From Nitrosopumilus sp. (GTDB lineage: Archaea; Thermoproteota; Nitrososphaeria; Nitrososphaerales; Nitrosopumilaceae): a DNA stretch of 64,000 nt. Under the pieces are notes generated by a model. That model had not been told where the DNA came from. It saw only the letters and a list, made by a program, of their open reading frames with translations, and ran no database searches. Location: NCBI GenBank assembly GCA_963662625.1, contig OY759726.1:736001-800000 (forward strand), read 5' to 3'. The position numbers and the translations under genes were made by a program. Shown in pieces: positions 11,010 through 20,739 of this stretch (position 1 is the first letter of the stretch; the number at the start of each line of letters is the position of its first letter).

Positions 11010-11281
11010 TGGTGGTTGTCAATTAATAATGGATTTTAATGTTTGGGAAGCGCAGGTGCGGGTATCCATGCACCCGGCGCTACATGCACCCAAACCGCGT
11101 TCGGCCCCCCCCCCGCTTTCCGGAAATTCCCGGGTTGCCCGTTGCGGTTCGGGCCGCTTTCGGGCGGTGGCAAGAACTGGTTTAATTACGTGTGGGTTGG
11201 AGGTGATACGGGGACAATGCCAGACTGCATGATCGGGCGGGGCGGGATTTCAACCCGTGGAAGCCTGCACGGGCGGGCGCC

Positions 11282-11842
11282 GTGACCAGCCATAGCAACC
11301 ACGGCCTCGTCTCGCTGGTCAGCGATTTGATGGCCAGGGGCGCGGGGGACCGGGAAAAGCTGGAGCGGATCAGATCCTACTGCGAGCAGGGAAAGGCGCT
11401 GCTCGCCCCGGACGAGAAATACGTGGTGGATCTGGCCGCGGAAGAAGGACTGGCGGTGCCTCCCACCCGGATGTCAGGATACGGAGAGTCTCCGGACCGG
11501 GGGGACGCCGTGATCAGCTATAGAAACCACAACCTCCTCAGGCTGGTTAGCGATTTGATGATCAGGGGCGTGGGGGACCGGGAAAAGCTGATGCAGATCA
11601 AGTCCGACTGCGAGCAGGGAAAGGCGATCTTCGCCTCGGACGAGAAATACGTCAGGGATCTGGCCCCGGAAAGACACGGCACGGATTCGGTAGGAGTCCG
11701 GGGCTGGCGCTCCGGGGCGATGCCGGCAGGATGGGGCGGGGCGCGGGGCGGGGCAGGCGTTACAAAAATGGTTTCCCGCTCAATGTCGGTCTTCAAGTCA
11801 AGGGGCAGTTCCATCTTCAAGAAAAGGTTCCGGCGAAAGTGA
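11282..11842 (+). CDS. Hypothetical protein with two tandem ~48-aa repeats and a basic C-terminus
   Basis: Repeat core LVSDLMxRGxGDREKLxxIxSxCEQGKAxxAxDEKYVxDLA occurs twice. Confidence 0.7.
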   Translation: MTSHSNHGLVSLVSDLMARGAGDREKLERIRSYCEQGKALLAPDEKYVVDLAAEEGLAVPPTRMSGYGESPDRGDAVISYRNHNLLRLVSDLMIRGVGDREKLMQIKSDCEQGKAIFASDEKYVRDLAPERHGTDSVGVRGWRSGAMPAGWGGARGGAGVTKMVSRSMSVFKSRGSSIFKKRFRRK

Positions 11843-12040
11843 GCGCGGGGCGGCGGGCCGCGGCGTCCGATGCGGGCGCGCGGCGCGGCAGCCACGTTTG
11901 GCGGGCGGGATATGCCGGCCCGGCGCTCGCCGGGGAAGAGGCCCGGCCGTGATCGGCGCGTCCGGGGCCGGGCGGTCTCCCGGCACGCCGGGGGACGCCG
12001 GTGCAGTTAGCTTTTAAGTGAGCAGGTTCGAGGAGAACCA

Positions 12041-13600
12041 TTGAGGGCCGTTCTCTGCATCATTGCCGCGTCTTTTCTCGCAGTCGGGGCGGCACACCCG
12101 GCCTTTGCGCAGTACGACGACGCGCTGGTGGTGCTGGAGACGCCGCAGGGCCAGATCGTGATGGAGTTCTTCCCAGGTGACGCCCCGGACCACGTCGCGA
12201 ACTTTGTGGAACTGGCCAGGAGCGGCTTTTATGACGGCACGGTGTTTCACAGGATAATCCCCGGCTTTATGATCCAGGGGGGCGATCCAAACACGGTCAG
12301 CGGCGATCCCGGCACGTGGGGAACCGGCGGGCCGGGGGCGGCGGTGGCCGCCGAATTCAACACCATCAAGCACAACCGCGGGATCGTCTCCATGGCAAGA
12401 TCCGCGGACCCGGACAGCGCCGGCTCCCAGTTCTTCATAGTCCACCAGAACTCGAACTTTCTTGATCAGCAGTACTCGGTGTTTGGGCGGATCGCCACGG
12501 ACCAGAGCTTTGAGACGCTGGACAGGATTGCGTCGGTGACGACCTCGTTCCAGGACGCGCCGGAGGACCCGGAGATGGTCAGGATCCTTTCGGCAAGCGT
12601 CGTCGGCCGGTCGGACGTGCCCGGGCTCCTGTCCCCCGGCGAGCCGGAAAGGGTGGGCGCCGCGCCGGAGCCCGCCCAGAACCAGCTCTACGAGGACCCG
12701 GAACTCGGAATCGTGTTCTCGGCGCCTCCCGGCTGGCTGCTGCAGAGCCCCCAGAAGACCAGCGAGGACGTCCCGGACATCGTGGCCGTCGGGCAGTCAG
12801 TCGGGGTGGTGACGCCGGTGATCTCCCTGACCGTGCAAGACACCAAGGGGATGACGCTTGACGAGATGATCCGGTCCAAGGAACAGATGCTGGAGCCCGT
12901 GCTGTCCACGGGGGTGCTCAAGATCATCTCGCAGGAGAGGTCCACGGTGCGGGGCATGGACGCGTATACCACGGTGGCGCTAGGCACGTTCGAGACCGAC
13001 GACGGGATGCAGGACATAAAATTCAAGGACATAATGATGTACGGGCCAGGAAAGCTCTACACCATGGCATACAGCAACGGGATAGACGAGTTTGACTCCC
13101 AGCTGCCGCGCTTTGAAGAGTCGGTGCGATCCGTCGGGCTGGCCGGCGCCGCGGATCCCGCCGGGTCCCCGGGCGCGGCGGGCGAGGAACCCGAGGAGCC
13201 CGATGGGCAGCCCGGCGCCGGGGATCCCGCCGGCGGAGGGGGGTGCCTGATCGCCACCGCCACCTTCGGCTCCGAGCTTGCACCCCAGGTGCAGGCGCTA
13301 AGGGAGATCAGGGACGGCAAGGTGATGGGCACCGCGGCCGGCGCGGCGTTCATGGGCGGGTTCAACCAGGTCTATTACTCCTTCTCGCCCGCGGTGGCCG
13401 ACCTGGAGCGGCAGAACCCGGCCTTCAGGGAGGCCGTGAAGATCGCGATCACGCCGATGCTGTACAGCCTGTCGCTGCTGGACCACGCCGAGGCCGGCTC
13501 GGAGCACGGCATGCTTGGCTGGGGCCTGGCGGTGCTCATGCTGAACGTCGGGATGTACGTCGCGGCGCCCGCGGTGGCGATCAGCAGGATCAGGCGGTAG
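12041..13600 (+). CDS. Exported cyclophilin-type peptidyl-prolyl isomerase with PsbP-like domain and CFI-box-CTERM
   Basis: Signal peptide; FHRIIPGFMIQGGDP, SMARSADPDSAGSQFFI; GGGCLIATATFGSELAPQVQ plus C-terminal TM helix. Confidence 0.92.
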   Translation: MRAVLCIIAASFLAVGAAHPAFAQYDDALVVLETPQGQIVMEFFPGDAPDHVANFVELARSGFYDGTVFHRIIPGFMIQGGDPNTVSGDPGTWGTGGPGAAVAAEFNTIKHNRGIVSMARSADPDSAGSQFFIVHQNSNFLDQQYSVFGRIATDQSFETLDRIASVTTSFQDAPEDPEMVRILSASVVGRSDVPGLLSPGEPERVGAAPEPAQNQLYEDPELGIVFSAPPGWLLQSPQKTSEDVPDIVAVGQSVGVVTPVISLTVQDTKGMTLDEMIRSKEQMLEPVLSTGVLKIISQERSTVRGMDAYTTVALGTFETDDGMQDIKFKDIMMYGPGKLYTMAYSNGIDEFDSQLPRFEESVRSVGLAGAADPAGSPGAAGEEPEEPDGQPGAGDPAGGGGCLIATATFGSELAPQVQALREIRDGKVMGTAAGAAFMGGFNQVYYSFSPAVADLERQNPAFREAVKIAITPMLYSLSLLDHAEAGSEHGMLGWGLAVLMLNVGMYVAAPAVAISRIRR

Positions 13601-13604
13601 CCCG

Positions 13605-14945
13605 CTACCAGACGTCGTCCACCTCGTCGAGGGCCTTGTATTCCTTGCCCTCCTCGCGCTTCATGAATTTCAGCCTCGAGATGTCCCTGTCAAAGAGAAA
13701 GTCGATCATCCAGTCCAGCATGACGTGCACCTGCTTGTCAAACGCGCTCATCTTGGACAGGTACACGCTCCTCCATATTATCCAGGCCGGAAACCCAGAG
13801 ATGTTCATGCCCAGGAACGTCGCGACCCCGGTCCTCTTCCCGATGATCGCCATCTGGCCCTTGGAGCGGTACTCGAATTTTTTCATGCCCGTGTTCCTTA
13901 TCAGCGCCTCCAGGTTCCCCGCGGCCGTCTTGGCCTGGGCCTCTGCAATCTGCGCCGTGGGCGGGAACGGCCTTCCGCTCTCGGGATCCACGAACAGCAT
14001 GCAGTCCCCGATGGCGAATACCCCCGGGAACTCCCGGACCTGCAGAAAGTCGTTCACGATGACCTGGCCCTTCTCCGTCTTGAAGACGGACCTCTTGATC
14101 GTGTTGACCGGGGTGACTCCCGCCGTCCATACCAGCGTCTTGGTCATCATGGACTCCGTCCCGGGCCCGGCCCCCTTGGCCACCGACTTTGTCGTGACCT
14201 CCGTGCCGTCAAAGCCGGTCACTGCAGTCTCCAGCCTGATGGCTATCCCCCTCTCGACCAGCTTGTCCCTCGCGAACGTGGCAAGCTTGTCGTTGAACCC
14301 CGGGAGGATCATCGGGAAGGCCTCCACGACGCTCACCTTGATCTCGTCCTTGCGGATGGTCGGGTAGTGCTTCCTGGCGTCGAGCAGCAGATCCAGCAGC
14401 TCCCCGGCGGTCTCGATGCCGGCGAAGCCGCCCCCGACCACGACGAAGTTCAGGAAGCTCCTGCGGAGGATCGGGTCCGTCTCGTTGTCGGCCTGCTCGA
14501 GCATGTCTATGGCCCTGTTCCGCAGCATCACCGCGTCGTTCAGCGTCTTCATGGTGTAGGCGTTCCTTTCCACGTCGGCCATGCCAAAGAAGTTGGTCTC
14601 GCTGCCCAGCGCGATCACCATGTAGTCGTAGTGGATGGAAAAGCTCCGCTTGTCGCCGGTCCCCCACAGCGTGACCAGCTTCCCGTAGGGGTCGATGTTC
14701 TTTATCCTGCCCTCGTAAAACTTCGCCTTCTTGCAGATGGTCCTGATCGGCATGACTATGTGCCGGGTCTCCACCATCCCGGAGGCCACCTGGGGCAGCA
14801 TTGGGGTAAACAGCAGGAAGTTGTCCTCGCTGATCACCACTATCTCGATGTCCGGGTCGCCGGCGAACCGGCCCTCCAGCTGCTTGGTGCACTTGACGCC
14901 GGCAAAGCCCCCGCCGATTACCACTATCCTCTTCTTCTTCCCCAA
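13605..14945 (-). CDS. Type II NADH dehydrogenase-like FAD/NAD oxidoreductase
   Basis: GGGFAG twice, FTPMLP, GIETAGE, AIGD, PPTAQIA. Confidence 0.88.
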   Translation of the reverse strand: MGKKKRIVVIGGGFAGVKCTKQLEGRFAGDPDIEIVVISEDNFLLFTPMLPQVASGMVETRHIVMPIRTICKKAKFYEGRIKNIDPYGKLVTLWGTGDKRSFSIHYDYMVIALGSETNFFGMADVERNAYTMKTLNDAVMLRNRAIDMLEQADNETDPILRRSFLNFVVVGGGFAGIETAGELLDLLLDARKHYPTIRKDEIKVSVVEAFPMILPGFNDKLATFARDKLVERGIAIRLETAVTGFDGTEVTTKSVAKGAGPGTESMMTKTLVWTAGVTPVNTIKRSVFKTEKGQVIVNDFLQVREFPGVFAIGDCMLFVDPESGRPFPPTAQIAEAQAKTAAGNLEALIRNTGMKKFEYRSKGQMAIIGKRTGVATFLGMNISGFPAWIIWRSVYLSKMSAFDKQVHVMLDWMIDFLFDRDISRLKFMKREEGKEYKALDEVDDVW

Positions 14946-14956
14946 CCGCCCCCAAC

Positions 14957-15619
14957 CTACCGCAGGATGTCCGAGTCCAGGACGTCGTACGCCCGGGAGG
15001 CGTCGCGCTCGTCCAGGATTATCGTGATGTTGTCCAGCCCGAAGAACGCGCTTTCCAGCTCTATGCCGTTCTCGTGGAGCACCTCGGCCACGTAGGACAC
15101 CACGTCCGACTTGTTCTGCCCCGCGGGGATCGAGATCCTGATCTTTGCGAGGCCCGTGCTGAACATGCCCTCCCTGGGCGGGACGCCCTCAAATATCTGC
15201 CTGACGTCCTCCAGGTCCTCTGCGAGGAACCTGAACGAGTCCGACACCCTGAAAAAGTCATAGTTGTCGGTCACCTTGGAGAACTTGTCCAGGACGGCCG
15301 CCGGATCCACCGCCTCGGAGTCCCGCACCGAGATCTTGACGTCCATTATGCCGTTGGTCAGGGCAAGCCGCGCGTTTTTCAGGACCGACCCGTCCCTCAC
15401 GCCCTCCTTTGTCTCAAGGGCGTCCGCGTACCGCTTTATCGCCACCACGATCGTGTTGAGGTTCACCGGCGCCCCGGCCCCCTTCTCGATCTCGGGCTGG
15501 ATCTTCACCGCCAGCGCGGTATAGTTTATCAGGTCCATCCTCATGCAGTCGTAGATCGACCTGTTCCGGGCGATTATAGTCCTGACCATCTCGGGCACCG
15601 ACACGTTTGAGATCCTCAT
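14957..15619 (-). CDS. ACT-domain-containing putative regulator
   Basis: N-terminal DLINYTALA...IVVAIKRY and a C-terminal ACT-like region. Confidence 0.7.
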   Translation of the reverse strand: MRISNVSVPEMVRTIIARNRSIYDCMRMDLINYTALAVKIQPEIEKGAGAPVNLNTIVVAIKRYADALETKEGVRDGSVLKNARLALTNGIMDVKISVRDSEAVDPAAVLDKFSKVTDNYDFFRVSDSFRFLAEDLEDVRQIFEGVPPREGMFSTGLAKIRISIPAGQNKSDVVSYVAEVLHENGIELESAFFGLDNITIILDERDASRAYDVLDSDILR

Positions 15620-15625
15620 AAAGTA

Positions 15626-15714
15626 ACATTATATAATGTCAGTTATAATAGCATTATGTAATAAATCCTGTAACTATTGCAAATATTTATATTATGTCAT
15701 GCCTATTACATAAT
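15626..15714. promoter_or_regulatory. AT-rich divergent promoter with palindromic operator-like sites
   Basis: Perfect palindrome ACATTATATAATGT (15626-15639); inverted repeat ATTATGTAATA (15653-15663) / TATTACATAAT (15704-15714); TATA-like TTTATA between the arms. Confidence 0.6.
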
Positions 15715-15724
15715 AGAGGTGAAT

Positions 15725-16219
15725 ATGACAGTGTTCTTTGACGAATACGAAAAAATCTTCAAACGCATGTCACGCCCCTTTTTTGACATAGGCGACATCG
15801 TGGAGGATCTAGAAAACAATTCCGGTACCGGCCCGTTTTACTACGGCTATACCGTGACCGTCGGTCCCGACGGAAAACCGGTGGTGAAGGAGTACGGGAA
15901 TGTAAAGCCGGGGCTGCTCCCGACGGCGGACGTCAGGGAGCCGATCGTCGACGTCATCGGCGGCGAGAAGGAGGGGCACGTGAAGCTCGTGGCAGAGATG
16001 CCGGGCGTCGAGAAGGGCGACGTGAAGATCACCGTGCACGACAACGTGGTTGACATATCTGCCAGCCGCGGGGACAAGAGGTACCAGGCCAAGATCCCGC
16101 TCAGGCACCAGGTAGACGAGGGTTCCGCAAGGGCGGCCTACAAGAACGGCGTCCTGGAGCTGTCGTTCAAGCTGCCAGAGTCCGCAAAGCCCGACGTCAG
16201 GACCGTGAGGGTGGAGTAG
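15725..16219 (+). CDS. hsp20: Archaeal small heat-shock protein Hsp20
   Basis: YYGYTVTVGPDGKPVVKEYGN, VAEMPGVEK, AYKNGVLEL; SD GAGGTGA upstream. Confidence 0.93.
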   Translation: MTVFFDEYEKIFKRMSRPFFDIGDIVEDLENNSGTGPFYYGYTVTVGPDGKPVVKEYGNVKPGLLPTADVREPIVDVIGGEKEGHVKLVAEMPGVEKGDVKITVHDNVVDISASRGDKRYQAKIPLRHQVDEGSARAAYKNGVLELSFKLPESAKPDVRTVRVE

Positions 16220-16229
16220 CCGCCCCGCG

Positions 16230-16240
16230 TTTTTTTTTTT
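16230..16240 (+). terminator. Archaeal oligo-T terminator after hsp20
   Basis: T11 tract 10 nt after the stop codon. Confidence 0.6.
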
Positions 16241-16363
16241 GCTGCGGCTCGGCCGCGCCGTGGGGGCGCGGCCGGTCCCGCGCCCGAGATCCTGGCTTGT
16301 GCGGCAAACTGGCCCATTGTAAACCTCTTTAAATTGGTGCGGCCCGATTATGTACGGTAGGGC

Positions 16364-18562
16364 ATGGACAAGGTGGTTTTGACGGTTCAGGAGCTCCCGC
16401 AGGAGCACATCGGCATGGGGCATGCGCTGGTCGACCCCAAGGTGCTCAAGGAGAAAGGATGGAAGGCGGGCCAGGTCCTGGAGCTGTCCCACAACAGGAA
16501 GACGTACGTGAGGCTCCCCCCGTCGTCCATCCGCCAGGTCGGCAAGAGGATGATCAGGCAGTCCATCACCAAGGTGAGGGACCACAGCAGGCTGTTCGCC
16601 TCCGGCGGATCCGACGCCGCGATGATCGGCATCGACGGCACCACCAGGCGCAACATCGGGGCCGGGATCGGGGACAGGATCACGGTAATGTCGGCCGGGG
16701 CCGCGGACGCGTCGCAGATCACCATATCGCCCACGAGGGAGATCGAGCTGGGGGGACTGGAGGAGTACATGAGGGATACGTACCGGGGGCAGGTCTTTAC
16801 GGTCGGGGACACCATCACCCTGGACATCCAGGGAAACGAGAGGGTCAGGTTCGTCGTCACGAGCACGAGTCCCGTGCGAAAGCCCGTGATCGTCACCGGC
16901 AAGACGGCGTTCAAGCAGGGGGGGATGACCAAGGAGGTGGACACCACGGTGTCCCTGGTCAGCTATGACGAGCTGGGCGGCTTCAAGGACGAGATCCCGA
17001 AGGTCCGCGAGATGGTGGAGCTGCCGCTGAGGCACCCCGAACTGTTCGAGACGATCGGTGTGGAGGCGCCAAAGGGCGTGCTGCTGTACGGCCCGCCGGG
17101 CACTGGCAAGACGATGCTGGCAAGGGCGGTGGCCGGGGAGAGCAACGCCCACTTCATAACGGTGAACGGGGGCGAGATCATGGGCAAGGCCTACGGCGAG
17201 AGCGAGAAGAGGATCCGGACCGTGTTCACCGAGGCCGAAAAGAGCGCGCCGAGCATAATCTTCATGGACGAGATAGACGCCATCGCGCCAAAGAGGGACG
17301 ACGTCCACGGCGAGGTGGAGAAGAGGGTCGTCTCCCAGATCCTGACGCTGATGGACGGGATGAAGTCCAGGGGCAAGATAGTGGTCATCGCAGCCACGAA
17401 CAGGCCCAACTCGCTCGATCCCGCCCTGAGGAGGCCCGGCAGGTTCGACAGGGAGATCGAGATAGGCGTGCCCGACGAGGAGGCGAGGCACGAGATACTG
17501 ATGATCCACACGCGCATGATGCCGCTGGGCGCCCGGGTGGACCTGGAGAAGATCTCAAAGGCCACGCACGGGTTTGTCGGCGCCGACATCAGGGCCCTGT
17601 CAAAGGAGGCCGGCATGAGCTCCCTGCGCAGGATCATGCCGGCCATCGCAGCCGACCAGGAGCAGATCCCGGCGTCCATACTGCGGAAGATCGTGGTCAC
17701 CGAGGAGGACTTTGGGCACGCGCTGAAGGAGGTAAAGCCCAGCGCGCTGCGCGAGGTCCTGGTACAGATTCCCAACGTGGGGTTCGACGACGTGGGCGGC
17801 CTCGAGGATCTCAAGGAGGAGCTGCGCCGGGCAGTCGAGTGGCCGCTGCGGTACAAGGACGCGTACAGCTACGCGGACGTCAAGGCGCCAAAGGGTGTGC
17901 TGCTGCACGGCCCGCCGGGAACCGGGAAGACGCTGATCGCGAAGGCGCTTGCGAGGCAGGCCGGCGTGAACTTTATCAGCGTAAAGGGCCCCGAGCTCAT
18001 AGCAAAGTGGGTGGGGGACTCGGAGAAGGGGGTTAGGGAGACGTTCAGGAAGGCGCGCCAGGCCTCCCCGTGCATACTGTTCCTCGACGAGGTGGACTCG
18101 ATGATCCCGAAGAGGGGGGCCGACTCCAGCGCGGGAGGGCGCGTGATCGAGCGCGTGGTGGCCCAGATGCTGACCGAGATCGACGGGCTCGAGGAGCTGC
18201 ACGGCGTGCTGGTGATGGGCGCCACCAACAGGATAGACATCATGGACGAGGCCATGCTCAGGCCCGGGAGGTTCGACAAGATCATCGAGGTGCCAAACCC
18301 GGACTGCGAGGCCAGGGAGAAGATACTGGAGATCCACACGAAGAGGAAGCCGCTGGCGGGGGACGTCAAGATGCCGAAACTGGCCAGGCTGACCGACGGG
18401 TTCAACGGCGCGGAGGTCGAGGCGGTGACCAACACCGCAGCGGTGACCGCGATCCAGAGGTACATCGACGGGGGGAAGGGGGACGTCGAAGAGATCGAGA
18501 TCACCCAGGCCGACCTGGTCGCCGCAATCAAATCCATCAAGCCCGGGAAGAGGCGCCAGTAG
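16364..18562 (+). CDS. cdc48: CDC48/VCP family AAA+ ATPase
   Basis: N-domain plus two AAA modules (GPPGTGKT twice; DEID, DEVD; RPGRFD twice). Confidence 0.95.
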   Translation: MDKVVLTVQELPQEHIGMGHALVDPKVLKEKGWKAGQVLELSHNRKTYVRLPPSSIRQVGKRMIRQSITKVRDHSRLFASGGSDAAMIGIDGTTRRNIGAGIGDRITVMSAGAADASQITISPTREIELGGLEEYMRDTYRGQVFTVGDTITLDIQGNERVRFVVTSTSPVRKPVIVTGKTAFKQGGMTKEVDTTVSLVSYDELGGFKDEIPKVREMVELPLRHPELFETIGVEAPKGVLLYGPPGTGKTMLARAVAGESNAHFITVNGGEIMGKAYGESEKRIRTVFTEAEKSAPSIIFMDEIDAIAPKRDDVHGEVEKRVVSQILTLMDGMKSRGKIVVIAATNRPNSLDPALRRPGRFDREIEIGVPDEEARHEILMIHTRMMPLGARVDLEKISKATHGFVGADIRALSKEAGMSSLRRIMPAIAADQEQIPASILRKIVVTEEDFGHALKEVKPSALREVLVQIPNVGFDDVGGLEDLKEELRRAVEWPLRYKDAYSYADVKAPKGVLLHGPPGTGKTLIAKALARQAGVNFISVKGPELIAKWVGDSEKGVRETFRKARQASPCILFLDEVDSMIPKRGADSSAGGRVIERVVAQMLTEIDGLEELHGVLVMGATNRIDIMDEAMLRPGRFDKIIEVPNPDCEAREKILEIHTKRKPLAGDVKMPKLARLTDGFNGAEVEAVTNTAAVTAIQRYIDGGKGDVEEIEITQADLVAAIKSIKPGKRRQ

Positions 18563-18633
18563 CCCCGCGCGGCCCCCGCCGCGCCACAGCGATCTTCATA
18601 TACGTAAAATCCCCCCCACAGGTGGGATCAAAG

Positions 18634-19038
18634 ATGCGAAGTGCGACCGTCCTGGGGCTAGTGGCGCTGGCCTCCGCCGTGCTGCTCTTCCAGGGCGCCG
18701 CCGCCCAGGAGGGGCCGGACCCCCCGAGCATGCCGGAGCCGTCGCCCGATCCCGACCCCATCCCCCTGCCCGATCCCGATCCCGTGCAGGAGCCGTTCCC
18801 CGAGGAGACAGACGCGGAGAAGCTGCAGAGGCTGGCCGAGGAGAACGAGGGGCTCAGGGAGGAGAACGCCGGGCTGCGGGACAGGATCGCGGGCCTCGCG
18901 CAGGAGGTCGAGGGGCTGAACGAGAAAATCGCCGAACTGTGGGAGATCATAATGGAGCAGGTCCGGGTCATCATGGGCATGGTGGAGGGCACTGGGGCGG
19001 CGCCGGGCCGCCCGGGCCCCGCCCACCCGAATGCCTGA
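18634..19038 (+). CDS. Secreted hypothetical protein with Pro/Asp-rich linker and coiled coil
   Basis: MRSATVLGLVALASAVLLFQGAAA signal peptide, PDPDP repeats, heptad region. Confidence 0.7.
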   Translation: MRSATVLGLVALASAVLLFQGAAAQEGPDPPSMPEPSPDPDPIPLPDPDPVQEPFPEETDAEKLQRLAEENEGLREENAGLRDRIAGLAQEVEGLNEKIAELWEIIMEQVRVIMGMVEGTGAAPGRPGPAHPNA

Positions 19039-19040
19039 CC

Positions 19041-19967
19041 TCACCCGGCGATCTTGATGGTCTTCTTGATCAGCGCCGCCCTGTTCCTTATCGTCACGCC
19101 GCTCACCCCGGACTCTTGCGCAAACCGCTTCTGGCTGATGCTCTCCCCGTTTATGACGCACGCCAGGTAGAGCGACGCAGTTGCCTGGGCCACCGGGTGC
19201 TTGCCGGCGGTGATCCTCTTGGCCTCGCAGCGCTTGAGGATGTCAAACGCGTCCCGCTTTGTCTTCTCGCTCAGGGCCATGTTGTTTGATATCTTTGTGA
19301 TGAACGACGCCGTGTCGTACTGGCTCAGGTTCAGGCCCAGCTTCCTGACCAGGGTCCTCAGGTCCCTTGAGAGCACCTTCCGCTCCACGTTTCCCGCGCC
19401 GCTTATGTCGTCGAGGGTCCGGGGTATGCTGTTCTCCCTGCATGCCGCGTAAAGCGCCGCGGCGATCAGCGACGCCATGCTCCTCCCCCGGGTGAGCCTC
19501 GCTGCCACGGCCTTCCTGTAGATGTAGGCGGCCCCCTCCACCACGTTGTTGGGGATGCCGAGCTTTGCCTGCATCGCGTGCAGCCGCGTGAAGGCCTTGC
19601 CCAGCTTGCTGTTGGAGCGCGACTTGCTCCTCTGGTCCCACAGCCGGAGCCTGTTGAACTCGAATTTCGTCTTGGTAGGCAGCAGGTGCCCGGACGAGTC
19701 CTTGTTGGCGCCGATCACCGTGGACAGGCCCTTGTCGTACATCGTCAGCGACGTCGCCGGCCCGGTCCTCGTCATCCTCATAAAGTCCTCCACGGAAAAC
19801 CTGCTGTTCTCGTGCGACATGTCGGCCATGTTTTGCACTAGGACAAGACCGCAACCCCCGCAGACAACCTCTCCTCGATCCGAATCGGTAACCATGGGGT
19901 AGGTTTGGCAGGTGTCGTGCTGGCACCTGGCCTGATAATCACTAGAAGAATGTACTACCACTACCAA
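19041..19967 (-). CDS. tfb: Transcription initiation factor B paralogue
   Basis: Zn ribbon (CQHDTC...CGGCG), DKGLSTVIG, two cyclin repeats, GKHP, VTIRNR. Confidence 0.92.
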   Translation of the reverse strand: MVVVVHSSSDYQARCQHDTCQTYPMVTDSDRGEVVCGGCGLVLVQNMADMSHENSRFSVEDFMRMTRTGPATSLTMYDKGLSTVIGANKDSSGHLLPTKTKFEFNRLRLWDQRSKSRSNSKLGKAFTRLHAMQAKLGIPNNVVEGAAYIYRKAVAARLTRGRSMASLIAAALYAACRENSIPRTLDDISGAGNVERKVLSRDLRTLVRKLGLNLSQYDTASFITKISNNMALSEKTKRDAFDILKRCEAKRITAGKHPVAQATASLYLACVINGESISQKRFAQESGVSGVTIRNRAALIKKTIKIAG

Positions 19968-20166
19968 TTACTATACGCGGCCATCGGATAAAAGGCGAGC
20001 GCAACAGGCAGTTTTGGTTTGCTGGCCGCGCCGGCGCGACAAAAATTTCCGGGTGATCCCCGCGGCGTGCCACGGCAGTGGTGGTACGCCCGCGCGCCGT
20101 ATTAAGTGTTGGCAGGCCGGCTGCGGCGCGGGGCCTGCCGGGCCACGGAATGCCGGGCCGGCGCGA

Positions 20167-20361
20167 TCACTGCTTCTTGATCGACTCTAAAGAATGGCCG
20201 CGGTTCATCACCATCTGGGTTATCGCCTCGGCCGTGTACTCTATTCCGTGCTCGCCTTCAAAATGCTCCCTGAGCTTTTCCAGCAGGCCGGTGTTCTTTT
20301 CGCCTTCCAGGACATAGTCGCACTCGAAACCATAGTCCCCGCACCTTAGTTTAAGGGTCAT
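20167..20361 (-). CDS. DUF1059-like small metal-binding protein
   Basis: LRCGDYGFECDY...EHFEGEHG. Confidence 0.8.
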   Translation of the reverse strand: MTLKLRCGDYGFECDYVLEGEKNTGLLEKLREHFEGEHGIEYTAEAITQMVMNRGHSLESIKKQ

Positions 20362-20424
20362 CAGGGTTTGAGAAATAACCAGCATATAAAAACCATAAAG
20401 CCCGGAACCGGCCCGGCGGGCCGC

Positions 20425-20634
20425 CTACCTGACGATCTGCTCCAGGTACTTTGCCTTGCCCTTTCTGCTCCTGGGCAGGCACCTCAGCTGCCTGTTGCAG
20501 CACGGGCAGCATATCCCGTCATAGTCCACGAACACCTCGCAGTGGTTGCACCTCTTCTGCCCCGCGGCATACCTGCCTATCTGCGCCGGCTTTGCGGCCT
20601 TGTACTTTCTGCACTCCCCGATGCAGTAAGTCAC
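20425..20634 (-). CDS. Small Cys-rich Zn-finger protein (thaumarchaeal family)
   Basis: CIGEC, GRYAAGQKRCNHC, CPCC...LRCLPR. Confidence 0.8.
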   Translation of the reverse strand: MTYCIGECRKYKAAKPAQIGRYAAGQKRCNHCEVFVDYDGICCPCCNRQLRCLPRSRKGKAKYLEQIVR

Positions 20635-20739
20635 GAGACTCCACCCAGCATGGCCATCTAATGTACCTAACAGCGAAAAAATAAAACTTTTGCTTGCGGC
20701 CCCCTTTAAATAATTTAAAGCCCGCGGCGGGCCCGGGGA

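Noticed and set aside
15809-17509. Long antisense or alternate-frame ORFs (566 aa here; also 13725-15095, 39303-40574, 44395-45726, 61981-63195)
   Set aside because: Shadow ORFs caused by high GC3, overlapping well-supported genes and lacking motifs
20064-20140. Hairpins GGCGTGCCAC/GTGGTACGCC and GGCAGGCC/GGCCTGCC
   Set aside because: Simple stems in a GC-rich spacer with no further evidence for a distinct element
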